Source: a virus
Lineage: Duplodnaviria; Caudoviricetes
IMG/VR virus record: IMGVR_UViG_3300010163_000019
Location: 1 to 64,000 of that record
Strand: one strand, 5' to 3'
Length of the DNA stretch: 64,000 nt
In this document: piece after piece, positions 9,199 to 18,444 of the stretch
Position numbering within the stretch: position 1 is the stretch's first letter
How the letters are laid out: every line of letters begins with the position of its first letter
Notes under the pieces: generated by a model
Told to the model about the DNA's origin: nothing
The model's input: only the letters and a program-made list of their open reading frames with translations
Database searches by the model: none
Translations under genes and position numbers: made by a program

Positions 9199-9564
9199 AT
9201 GGGAAATAAAATCAAAAAAGATAGTATTTTTGTTGTAGCGGAAACATTGACAGATAATAGTACATTTAAAGTTGGTATGATAATCGGAAATTATAAAGAC
9301 GATGTTAACAACAGATGGATCACAACGGATTCAAACGGGAAGAAGTGGCAAAATCTCATATGTCATTTAAGAAACGAAAATTATTTCAGAATTATCAATC
9401 AATACTCTATGTCAGACATTATATATTATCTGCAAAGTAAAAATGAGAATTATTTAACTGTTATGGGGGAAATGCTTACAGATGCAGTTAAAACTACATT
9501 TAGGGAAACAAGAGTAATTTGTGTTGATGATATATACAAGTATATAACAGAAAATTTGATTTAA
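9199..9564 (+). CDS. hypothetical protein
   Basis: RBS GAGGGT, 121 aa. Confidence 0.75.
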   Translation: MGNKIKKDSIFVVAETLTDNSTFKVGMIIGNYKDDVNNRWITTDSNGKKWQNLICHLRNENYFRIINQYSMSDIIYYLQSKNENYLTVMGEMLTDAVKTTFRETRVICVDDIYKYITENLI

Positions 9565-9661
9565 AGGCGTTTATGACTGGTCAGAAGGCATTAGCGGAAA
9601 TATTCGTTAGTGCCTTTTATAGTGGCTATAAACCATAAAATTTTAATCAGGAGGAAAAATC

Positions 9662-10411
9662 ATGAAGAATTGGACTATTACAGAAATTGAAAATATTACA
9701 GAGGATTGTGTAAAGGAAATGGCTGTTGATACCATGAAGATTAAAGGACATAATATATATTTTGTGGAGTTTGAGGGCGGTTTTGGTTTTAGTTGTTTAG
9801 TTTTCAAAAATAATCATCATATTCACTATGCTAATGATTATCAGCTGCATCATGAAACAGTAAAAACAAAAGAAGAATTGAAACAAATGTATATTAAAAC
9901 TATGAATAATATTCTTTTTACAGAAGAGGAAATTGCGAAGCCATTAAAGGATTATGACGATTATGGAAGACGGAGTTATTTCTTACATAATTATTATGGA
10001 ATGCAGATTGATTATATTTCCATCTTTCAAATATTCAATAGAGAAGAAGAAAGAAAGGCATTTAAGAGCCAGACGGAAAATATGACATACAATCCCGTTG
10101 GATTTTGTTATATGAATGATATGGATTTCGTAAGACATCACATTGAACTTTTGGAAACATTAGAAAGGGTAAAAGTAGAAGGTTCTACAAATTATGAGTA
10201 TCTCAAAAAGGCGTTTTTGTATGAAATGCATAATCATGAGTATGAAATAAATTGGCAAGCTGATTATGATGTATTGTCTGTTTTTGGAAATATTCAGTAT
10301 TATCATGAAGATTTAAATGCATATTTTGAGGAATTAAAATTTAATGATACACAGAGAAGGGCATATATGGATGCAAGAAGTCAGTATTATACAGAAAATA
10401 ATTGTGAATAG
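9662..10411 (+). CDS. hypothetical protein, 249 aa
   Basis: RBS AGGAGG. Confidence 0.85.
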   Translation: MKNWTITEIENITEDCVKEMAVDTMKIKGHNIYFVEFEGGFGFSCLVFKNNHHIHYANDYQLHHETVKTKEELKQMYIKTMNNILFTEEEIAKPLKDYDDYGRRSYFLHNYYGMQIDYISIFQIFNREEERKAFKSQTENMTYNPVGFCYMNDMDFVRHHIELLETLERVKVEGSTNYEYLKKAFLYEMHNHEYEINWQADYDVLSVFGNIQYYHEDLNAYFEELKFNDTQRRAYMDARSQYYTENNCE

Positions 10412-10502
10412 GAGTTTAAGATAATTTAAAGGATATTTTATTCACTTTTACAAGAATGAAATAGTCAAGGCTTAAAATAAAACGAAAGAAGGAGCTGATA
10501 AG

Positions 10503-11477
10503 TTGACATTTAATTATTATTATGGAGCGGAGGCAGAACAATTTTCTTTTTATCGTATTCCTCGCTTGCTGATTAAGGACGAGCGTTTCAAAGGACTTAG
10601 CAGCGATGCGAAACTTTTGTACGGATTAATGCTTGACAGAATGTCATTGTCTATCAAAAATGAGTGGTTTGATGAGAAAGGCAGAGTATATATCATATAT
10701 ACAATAGACAATATCAGGGAAGATTTAGGATGCAGCAAGGAAAAAGCAGTAAAGGTTCTTGCAGAGCTGGATGCAGATAAGGGTATAGGGCTTGTTGAAA
10801 AAATACGTCGGGGACTTGGACAGCCAGATATTATTTATATAAAGAACTTTATCACATCAGATGAAGATAAAAAAGAGTCTTCAAATGCTGATATTTCCAC
10901 AGAAGTCGGGAAAACCGACTTCAAGAGGTCGGAAAAACTGACTTCAGGAGGTCGGGAAAACCGACTTCAAGAAGTCGGAAAAACCGACCCTAATTATATT
11001 AATTATAATTATACTGATATGAATTATAACAATCCTATCAATCAATCAGAGAAGAATATAGTAGATGACATGCTAGTAAATGAAAAAGATGATAGGATTG
11101 ATGTGATAGATGAAGCAAACATATATATGGAATTAATTCGCGATAATATTGAGTATGAGCATCACATGAAGTATGACCAGCGCGGGGAAAGGGAGTTGTA
11201 TGAGGAAATCTATGAAATAATCTGTGATGTGGTATGTGTGAAGCGTGAAAAAATCCGCATCAATGGGGAGGATTACCCATATGAGCTTGTAAAATCCTGT
11301 TTTCTTAAACTGAATAGTAGTCATGTGGAGTATGTTATGAGGCGCATGAAAGATACTGTTACAAAAATTCTTAATATCAGGGCATATTTGATTACAGCTC
11401 TTTATAATGCCCCCTCCACCATGAATTATTATTATCAGCAAGAGGTGCAACATGATATGTATAGTGGTTATGGATAG
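10503..11477 (+). CDS. repA: RepA_N-family replication initiator (ICE/plasmid type)
   Basis: FSFYRIPRLL..LSSDAKLLYGLMLDRMSLS..W.DE.GRVYI; C-terminal AYLITALYNAP. Confidence 0.92.
   Translation: MTFNYYYGAEAEQFSFYRIPRLLIKDERFKGLSSDAKLLYGLMLDRMSLSIKNEWFDEKGRVYIIYTIDNIREDLGCSKEKAVKVLAELDADKGIGLVEKIRRGLGQPDIIYIKNFITSDEDKKESSNADISTEVGKTDFKRSEKLTSGGRENRLQEVGKTDPNYINYNYTDMNYNNPINQSEKNIVDDMLVNEKDDRIDVIDEANIYMELIRDNIEYEHHMKYDQRGERELYEEIYEIICDVVCVKREKIRINGEDYPYELVKSCFLKLNSSHVEYVMRRMKDTVTKILNIRAYLITALYNAPSTMNYYYQQEVQHDMYSGYG
10902..10992 (+). repeat. intragenic iterons (4 x 23 bp, each self-complementary), probable origin
   Basis: gaagtcgggaaaaccgacttcaa-type units at 10902, 10925, 10948, 10971. Confidence 0.8.
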
Positions 11478-11557
11478 GAACTATATAATGACAGAAAGAT
11501 TGATATGATTAAAAATAGTGGATAATACAATGGATTTATGGAAGGAGTTATTTAAAA

Positions 11558-11836
11558 ATGAGAAGAAAATCGTTAGGAAATGCAAAGTTGATTATTACTA
11601 TAGAGAGTAATAAGAAAACAAAGGAAATCAGAACTAAGTCTGTGTTTGACAATAGAATACAAAACTATTGGACAGAAAAACAGATACAAGAACGTGGAAT
11701 AGTATCATTTCTGAATTTAGATGATCTAAAAGAGACTTTAAATTGGAATCTAAATGGAGATAGTTTAAAGTATCAATTTAAATGGGGACAGTCTGGAAGA
11801 AATACTTCAGAAGGTCGCGCTTATATTTTTGAATAA
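11558..11836 (+). CDS. hypothetical protein
   Basis: RBS AAGGAG, 92 aa. Confidence 0.75.
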   Translation: MRRKSLGNAKLIITIESNKKTKEIRTKSVFDNRIQNYWTEKQIQERGIVSFLNLDDLKETLNWNLNGDSLKYQFKWGQSGRNTSEGRAYIFE

Positions 11837-11890
11837 AGATGAATTTTGGATGGTAAGGAAATGATAATTTTAAATGGAGGTTTAAAATAG

Positions 11891-12556
11891 ATGAACAAAA
11901 ATATAGTTTTGAGTATTGATTGGGATTTCTTTATTAATGCTACAGAAAAGGAAAGAATAAGGTTATTTCCTTGTGATGATATGTATTATGACTCTGAAGA
12001 TATATTTGATGAATGGGCAGAAATGTATGAAGAAAATGAAGATGAATTATATGATATTGATATAAAAGAAAAAGAATATAATTATATCTTTCATAAATTA
12101 AGAGAATTACTGATTGATAATCCTAATATAAAGGTTGTAATAGCTGATTCACATAGACATATTTACAAACACATTAAAAATATGCAAAAAGAATCTGTAT
12201 ATGATTTAAATCTAATCAATATTGATTTTCATCATGATTGTTACAGTAGTGACGAAATAGGCTGTGAGTCTTGGGTTTATCATCTTATTAAGGAGCATAC
12301 TGTTTCTAATTTAGTATGGATATGTGACAAAACAAGTGGCATTGATGCGGAGATAATTGATGAAGATTTTGAGTGGGAAAGTTCAGAAGAAATGGAATCC
12401 TGTTTAGATAAAATTGAGAAATATTCATTAATTTTTATTTGTAGGAGTTCAATATATTCTCCTCCACATTTAAATGCATGTTTTGATAAAATGGTAAATA
12501 TGATAAAAAAATATTCTACGAATTATTATATCGAAAATGACATCATTATAAAGTAG
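11891..12556 (+). CDS. UPF0489/arginase-deacetylase-like fold protein
   Basis: LSIDWDFF, DSH, NIDFHHD, ICRS..YSPPH motifs. Confidence 0.55.
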   Translation: MNKNIVLSIDWDFFINATEKERIRLFPCDDMYYDSEDIFDEWAEMYEENEDELYDIDIKEKEYNYIFHKLRELLIDNPNIKVVIADSHRHIYKHIKNMQKESVYDLNLINIDFHHDCYSSDEIGCESWVYHLIKEHTVSNLVWICDKTSGIDAEIIDEDFEWESSEEMESCLDKIEKYSLIFICRSSIYSPPHLNACFDKMVNMIKKYSTNYYIENDIIIK

Positions 12557-12593
12557 ATAAAAACGCAATTTGATCAGGAGCAGAGGAAATATT

Positions 12594-12710
12594 ATACCAA
12601 CATATAAATTATTATATACTTGCTCAAAAACAGGAATTAAAGTATATACAAATGGAATTTGTAAGAAAATTGTATATCCGAATAGAAAAATAAAATATAT
12701 GAAACACTGA
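12594..12710 (+). CDS. small hypothetical protein with ATA start, 38 aa
   Basis: RBS GAGG; (M)PTYKLLYTCSKTGIKVYTNG. Confidence 0.4.
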   Translation: MPTYKLLYTCSKTGIKVYTNGICKKIVYPNRKIKYMKH

Positions 12711-12808
12711 AAATCAGGATTTCTTTGCCATATTTTTAGATAAAGAAGTTAGTCAAAAAGAGAAGTAAGTATTGGAAACAATATTTATTTCAAAGGAGGG
12801 TTAACTTT

Positions 12809-13372
12809 TTGGCTGAAAAGAAAGGCAATAATTACATAATTGATAACAAAAATGGTGTTGCAAAAATTGAATTGCAAAGAAGAGGAGACGATAGTTTATG
12901 GACTATTATTGATTTAGAAGACTTGGAAAGAGTTTTGAATTTTCCTTTCACATGGTCTGCAAAATATGATCCTGATTTAGATCAATACTATGCAGAATCT
13001 ACTATTCACAAAAAACATAATGGAAAAAGATGGTCAACATCAATGAAACTGCACAAGTTTATTATGAATGTTGAGGAATATAAAGTTGTGGATCACATTA
13101 ATCATGATACATTGGATAATACAAAAGGAAATTTAAGGGTTATTTCTCATAGCAATAATTCAATGAACAGAAAATCAAGAAACAGCAATAACAAGTCTGG
13201 ATATCGGAATGTTTGCTGGAGTAAAAGTGATAATAAATGGATTGTACAGTTACAAGTTAATAAAAAGAATACAGTTCTTGGAAAATTTCCTAAAGATCAG
13301 TTAAAAGAAGCAGCGAAGTTTGCGGAGGAAAAGAGAAAAGAACTATATGGAGAATTTGCTGGATTTAATTAA
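12809..13372 (+). CDS. HNH endonuclease with AP2 domain
   Basis: VDHINHDTLDN..NLR..N..N; SGYRNVCW..WIVQL..LGKF. Confidence 0.9.
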   Translation: MAEKKGNNYIIDNKNGVAKIELQRRGDDSLWTIIDLEDLERVLNFPFTWSAKYDPDLDQYYAESTIHKKHNGKRWSTSMKLHKFIMNVEEYKVVDHINHDTLDNTKGNLRVISHSNNSMNRKSRNSNNKSGYRNVCWSKSDNKWIVQLQVNKKNTVLGKFPKDQLKEAAKFAEEKRKELYGEFAGFN

Positions 13373-13416
13373 AATCCCACGACATCAGAATTTCATCCAG
13401 AGAAGGAGAATGTTTA

Positions 13417-13992
13417 ATGAAAATAGAACAAACATATATTGCAGATGATGGCAAAAGATTTAATGATAGAAATAAATGTATAAAATATGAAAGCGAATTA
13501 AGAGAGAAAGAACGAAATGAAATTCTTCAGGAAATCAAAAAATTAGATTTAGCAATTTGGAAAAAGTATTATCCAGATTATAAAGAAAAAAATGAACCAG
13601 AATTGTATCAATCACCTAAGTGGTTACAGAATGATATAGTCGCAATAATTATAGATTTCCCTGAAAGCGAAAAAGACATAATTTCTATTATTAATAGAGC
13701 AAAATATGGGAAAGAAATTATTGCAGATTATTTGAGGTTTGATGTAATAAAAAATGAAATCAAGGTAAGAATTGATTTTTTATCAGCGTTATGTTCAATA
13801 GAGTCTGGATCAGATTTATCAAGTAGTATTCAATATTCTTTATCGTCTAAAGACTTAATGGAACTTGCAAAATTACATAAAGCGAATAGGTGTAGAAGGA
13901 AAATTGAAGAATTACTAACAAGTTGTAATTTTCATTATGAGTGCGGAAAATTTATCAATAAAGAATATGAAGAGTTTTTAAAGAAACCTTAA
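13417..13992 (+). CDS. hypothetical protein
   Basis: RBS AAGGAG; N-terminal YIADDGKRF; stop inside site 13989. Confidence 0.8.
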   Translation: MKIEQTYIADDGKRFNDRNKCIKYESELREKERNEILQEIKKLDLAIWKKYYPDYKEKNEPELYQSPKWLQNDIVAIIIDFPESEKDIISIINRAKYGKEIIADYLRFDVIKNEIKVRIDFLSALCSIESGSDLSSSIQYSLSSKDLMELAKLHKANRCRRKIEELLTSCNFHYECGKFINKEYEEFLKKP

Positions 13993-14012
13993 AACTCGTA
14001 TTTTAAGGCAGG

Positions 14013-14201
14013 ATGGAGGAAAATATTATGAATGTAAGAGACATTCTGAAAAACGAATTAAAACAGAATCATAACAATATCATTACTGTTATGGAAAATC
14101 ATGTAATGCAGATGATTAGATGTGATAGGCACACTGCTAATTTAGTAGCAAATGAGATATTGGAACTTGACAGACAAGCAGAAGATATATTGTCGGAATA
14201 A
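14013..14201 (+). CDS. small hypothetical protein between sites 13989 and 14198
   Basis: 62 aa; stop inside site 14198. Confidence 0.7.
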   Translation: MEENIMNVRDILKNELKQNHNNIITVMENHVMQMIRCDRHTANLVANEILELDRQAEDILSE

Positions 14202-14291
14202 AATTCGCATTTCAACTACTAAATTATTAAGAAAATAGAAAAGTATTTGGAGAAATATAGTACAGATATTTTTTATTATGGAGGAAAATAT

Positions 14292-15887
14292 ATGATACCA
14301 AAAGAATTTTACCCTACACCAAAAGAATTGTTACACAAAATTACAGAAGGAATAAATTGGGAACAACTTCAATCAGTGTTGGAGCCGTCTGCCGGTAAAG
14401 GGGATATAGCGGAATATGTAAAAGAAAAATATAAGAAAGAAACATGGAATCGTGACTTAGATATTGATTGTATAGAAATTGACGATACTCTTTGTCAGAC
14501 TCTTAAAGGGAAAGAATTAAGAGTAGTACATAATGATTTTTTAACGTTCAATACTTTCAAACATTATGATCTAATCATTATGAACCCGCCATTCAGTGAT
14601 GGAGCAAAGCATCTCTTACATGCATTATCTCTTCAAAGAGATAATTTTGGAATTGTTTGTATTTTGAATGCAGAAACGATTAGAAATCCATATACCAATG
14701 AAAGAAAAGACCTTGTAAACAGATTGGAAAAGATGAATGCAGAAATTAAGTATATGGAAGGACAATTTTTGTCGGCAGAACGGCCAACAGGAGTAGAAAT
14801 AGCGGTAATAAAAATTTTTGTGCCAGAAGAAAAGAAAGAAAGCTATATTTTTGAGGATTTAAAGAGACGGTCGTATCAAGAAAATATATATGAAGATGTG
14901 ACCGATTTAGCACCAAATGATTTTATCAAGGCTATTGTACAGAAGTATAATATTGAAGTGGAAGCAGGAATAAAACTTATTATGGAATATAAAGCGATGG
15001 TTCCACACATATTACAAGATTTTAAAGACAGTTCTTACAATAAGCCAATATTGGAAATGAAAATTCGTGACAGAGAACTTTCAACTAATACGTTTGTTAA
15101 AGAAGTCAGGCGTAAATATTGGACTGCGTTATTCAGTAATCCTAAATTTACTGGAAAAATGACTTCAAATTTAGCAAATAAATATCATAATCAGGTTGCG
15201 GAACTTACAAATTATGATTTTTCTGAATATAATATTCGGACGATACAAATTGAAATGAGTAAAAATTTAGTAAGAGGAATAGAAGACTGTATTATTGAAT
15301 TATTTGATAAATTATCATATCAATACTCATATAGCGATGAACTTTCAAATAACATTCATTATTATAACGGTTGGAAAACAAATAAAGCATGGTATATAAA
15401 TAAAAAAGTTATTTTACCATATATGAATGCCTTTAGCAGTTGGAGTGGAAAGTTTGATCCTGATTATCAAGTGAAATCACAGCTTGCAGATATTGAAAAA
15501 GCATTGAATTACTTAGACGGTGGATTAACCGATGGGAGAGATATGGAGTTATGGCTAAGACATGCAGCGGAAACAGGTCAAACACGAAAGATACAACTTA
15601 AATATTTCTATGTAACATTTTATAAAAAAGGGACTTGTCACATTGAGTTTATCAATGAAGACCTTTTAAAGAAATTAAATATTTTTGGAAGCCAACAGAA
15701 AAAATGGTTGCCGCCTGGATATGGAAAAAAGACATATAATGAAATGCAACCAGAAGAAAAAGCGGTTATTGATGACTTTGAAGGGAAGGCAAAATATGAA
15801 GAAACATTGAAGAACCAGGATTATTTTATTTATAATCCAATGAATTCTATTGGGTGTTTAGAAATGAATACAGAAGAAATTGCATGA
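14292..15887 (+). CDS. N6-adenine methyltransferase-like protein with DUF4942-type C-terminus
   Basis: FYPTP, VLEPSAGKG, IIMNPPF; C-terminal YF...FYKKGTCHI.F; start moved to ATG after GGAGG. Confidence 0.85.
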   Translation: MIPKEFYPTPKELLHKITEGINWEQLQSVLEPSAGKGDIAEYVKEKYKKETWNRDLDIDCIEIDDTLCQTLKGKELRVVHNDFLTFNTFKHYDLIIMNPPFSDGAKHLLHALSLQRDNFGIVCILNAETIRNPYTNERKDLVNRLEKMNAEIKYMEGQFLSAERPTGVEIAVIKIFVPEEKKESYIFEDLKRRSYQENIYEDVTDLAPNDFIKAIVQKYNIEVEAGIKLIMEYKAMVPHILQDFKDSSYNKPILEMKIRDRELSTNTFVKEVRRKYWTALFSNPKFTGKMTSNLANKYHNQVAELTNYDFSEYNIRTIQIEMSKNLVRGIEDCIIELFDKLSYQYSYSDELSNNIHYYNGWKTNKAWYINKKVILPYMNAFSSWSGKFDPDYQVKSQLADIEKALNYLDGGLTDGRDMELWLRHAAETGQTRKIQLKYFYVTFYKKGTCHIEFINEDLLKKLNIFGSQQKKWLPPGYGKKTYNEMQPEEKAVIDDFEGKAKYEETLKNQDYFIYNPMNSIGCLEMNTEEIA

Positions 15888-15913
15888 CAGGCAATGAAAT
15901 GAGGTGATTAAAA

Positions 15914-16333
15914 ATGTTTACAATGAAAATTTTTGATGGAGAAGAAGGTATGTTTGATAAAGTGGAGGATGCGATTAAATATATGAAAGAATCAAACTTT
16001 GAAAAAGAAGTATCAATATATGCTGCTGATTCTAATAAAGCATATAAAAAAGCGTTGGAAATTTTTAAGGTAATAAAAGAGTATAACAAAGGAAAGCCAT
16101 TAGAGGATCAAATTCTTCCATCAAATCCATTTGGTTTTAGAGGTATTTTGGGATGTTTGGGGGTACAAGTGTATAGCATTACACTTGGAAAATATAAGAA
16201 TAATTGTGAATGTATAGCGTTGTTTACTGGGTATAATGAAAGAGTTTTAGATACAAGCGTAGAAAAGGCTCATATAGTACCAGGAGTAAAAGCTATGTCA
16301 TCGTTGGCTTTGATAGGAAGCATGATGCACTAA
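15914..16333 (+). CDS. hypothetical protein
   Basis: RBS GAGGTG, 139 aa. Confidence 0.75.
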   Translation: MFTMKIFDGEEGMFDKVEDAIKYMKESNFEKEVSIYAADSNKAYKKALEIFKVIKEYNKGKPLEDQILPSNPFGFRGILGCLGVQVYSITLGKYKNNCECIALFTGYNERVLDTSVEKAHIVPGVKAMSSLALIGSMMH

Positions 16334-16464
16334 TGAATTATTACTTAGAAAATTTAAGTAATAATGTTTCATGGAAGTTGAAATTAAAATTTGATTTGTT
16401 AAACCACAGGAAAATAATCTTGTGGCTTTTGTATTGGAGAAATGATATAATGGAGGAAATAATA

Positions 16465-16641
16465 ATGAATGAAGAGATAATTGCAAGTTTTATTTGTTGT
16501 GGAAAATGTATGGTAGTTGTTAAGCTGGAACATGGTACGCATGTGATGTCATATGAAGAATGGAAGTGGGCGTATGGACAATTGCACCCTGAGTTGTGGA
16601 TGAAAGATAAGAAAATGAAGAAAAGTAGAAAAATTTCTTAG
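16465..16641 (+). CDS. hypothetical protein
   Basis: RBS GGAGG then MNEEIIASFICCGKC. Confidence 0.65.
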   Translation: MNEEIIASFICCGKCMVVVKLEHGTHVMSYEEWKWAYGQLHPELWMKDKKMKKSRKIS

Positions 16642-16681
16642 AAATTATAGAATGGATTTATAGAAAGAGAGGATTGATAAT

Positions 16682-16954
16682 ATGATGTATCCATACATGA
16701 CACTTAATGATGATACAGAAATCACACATTCTGAGATGCAATCAGATGGAAGGGTAAAGGTATATATCGAAACGCCGGATGAAAAGGTTTGTTTTCGCCA
16801 TGCTACATGTTGGTTGCCTGAATATAAGTGGGAAGATATATATGCTTATTCAGATACCGATATTGAAAAGTTTCAAGAAATTATTGAGTCATCGGCGCAT
16901 TTGATTATGGAATTTTCACAGGAAGGGGGATTTGATAATGCCTCGAATTTTTAG
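16682..16954 (+). CDS. partner (putative antitoxin) of downstream DUF4160 protein
   Basis: MMYPYMTLNDDTEITHS; overlaps DUF4160-like gene. Confidence 0.65.
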   Translation: MMYPYMTLNDDTEITHSEMQSDGRVKVYIETPDEKVCFRHATCWLPEYKWEDIYAYSDTDIEKFQEIIESSAHLIMEFSQEGGFDNASNF

Positions 16955-17216
16955 ATTGGGTTCATACTGGGTTTATTTCTGGACAAATGAAAATAAGCCT
17001 TTAGAGCCTATACATGTCCATATATCAAGTGGAAGTCCAAGTGCGAATGCGACTAAGATATGGATAACAAAGAGTGGAAAATGTTATTTGTGCCATAATA
17101 AATCAAAGATCCCAGAAAGAACTTTGAGAAATATGATGCGTATGATAGAGACAAGAAGTTCTGATATAATAAATAAGTGGTACGAATATTTTGGAGAAAT
17201 TACATATTATTGTTAA
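16938..17216 (+). CDS. DUF4160-like protein (putative toxin)
   Basis: MPRIFRLGSYWVYFWTNE..PLEPIHVH. Confidence 0.75.
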   Translation: MPRIFRLGSYWVYFWTNENKPLEPIHVHISSGSPSANATKIWITKSGKCYLCHNKSKIPERTLRNMMRMIETRSSDIINKWYEYFGEITYYC

Positions 17217-17410
17217 TGGACTTAAAATCTAAGTTTTAAGTGATAAAAAAGATAATTCATATGAAAGTAAAAATTACATTTAAGATAAATTAGCATAATG
17301 AGCTTAAATATTAAAGTATAATTGAATATTTGGAAATATTAAAAAGCATTTGGAGAATAAGTATCCAGATGCTTTTTATTATACAAAAAACAAAAATAAA
17401 CAAGGAGAAG

Positions 17411-18334
17411 ATGATTATGAGATTATCAAGAACTGAAGTAAGGAAACAAAAATTAATGACCAAAGACCAGATGATTGACAAAATGAGGAAAATGAACGCC
17501 AAACATACTGACAACATGGAAAGTCGCAAGAATGCGCTAAAAACACTTATGAGTGGCATTCCAGTTGGAAATAAAGTCTTTGTGTTGGTTCCAGTGGAAG
17601 ACTTGCATATTGATGAATCCTATCAACGCCCTGTTCAGAGTCATGTAAGGACGATTGCGGAAGAATGGGATGATATGAAATGTGATCCTTTAAAAATCAA
17701 TTACAGAGAAGATGGTTATTTTTATGTCTGGGACGGACAGCATAGATTGGTTGCATTAAAAATCATGGGGATTGATTATGTCCTTTGTGTTATAACAGTT
17801 GGATTAACACAGAAACAAGAAGCTGCATTGTTTGGTTGTCAAGGAAACGGAATTAAGAAACCTGATCCCTATGATATTTTTAAGGCTAATGTGTGTTCTG
17901 GGGAACAAATTGATTCGGAAATTAAAAGTATGTGTGACAAATACGACCTTGATGTTAAAAGAAATAGTAAACGTGCTGGAAATTTATCTTGTCTTACTCT
18001 TGCAAGAGAAATCTTTAAAAGAGGAAGTGAAGAACAAGAATGTTTTGAATGGGTGTTACAGTTGTTACATAATGCAAAATGGCATGAATTTGCACAGTCT
18101 CATTGCCACAGAATAATAAATGCATTATTTGAAGTACGGAAAGTATTTGAGGAAGAAAATGAATTTATACAACGAAAATTAACACTTTATTTGAAGAAAA
18201 CCAATCCAGATGAGCTACTACTCAATGCTACAATAAAATATCCACAGTTTAAAGATGAGAGTAAGAAGATTAAATTATATTTAATTGATGTTGTAAATAA
18301 TAACGAAATGATAATGAACACTTTTGGAAATTAA
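17411..18334 (+). CDS. ParB/Srx-fold DGQHR protein (DUF6551-like)
   Basis: IDESYQR...DPLKIN..WDGQHRL; start moved to RBS-linked ATG. Confidence 0.75.
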   Translation: MIMRLSRTEVRKQKLMTKDQMIDKMRKMNAKHTDNMESRKNALKTLMSGIPVGNKVFVLVPVEDLHIDESYQRPVQSHVRTIAEEWDDMKCDPLKINYREDGYFYVWDGQHRLVALKIMGIDYVLCVITVGLTQKQEAALFGCQGNGIKKPDPYDIFKANVCSGEQIDSEIKSMCDKYDLDVKRNSKRAGNLSCLTLAREIFKRGSEEQECFEWVLQLLHNAKWHEFAQSHCHRIINALFEVRKVFEEENEFIQRKLTLYLKKTNPDELLLNATIKYPQFKDESKKIKLYLIDVVNNNEMIMNTFGN

Positions 18335-18444
18335 AAACAGGGTGGAAGATTTATTTACATATTCATGATATAAAGGCGCAGAAATGAGTTTATGCTTTCT
18401 CATTAATAAAAAAGCAGTAAAAAATTATGATTGGAGGTAATGAT

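Noticed and set aside
10902-10992. CRISPR-like repeats
   Set aside because: Units abut with no spacers, lie inside repA and match RepA_N iteron behaviour; no cas genes in the window.
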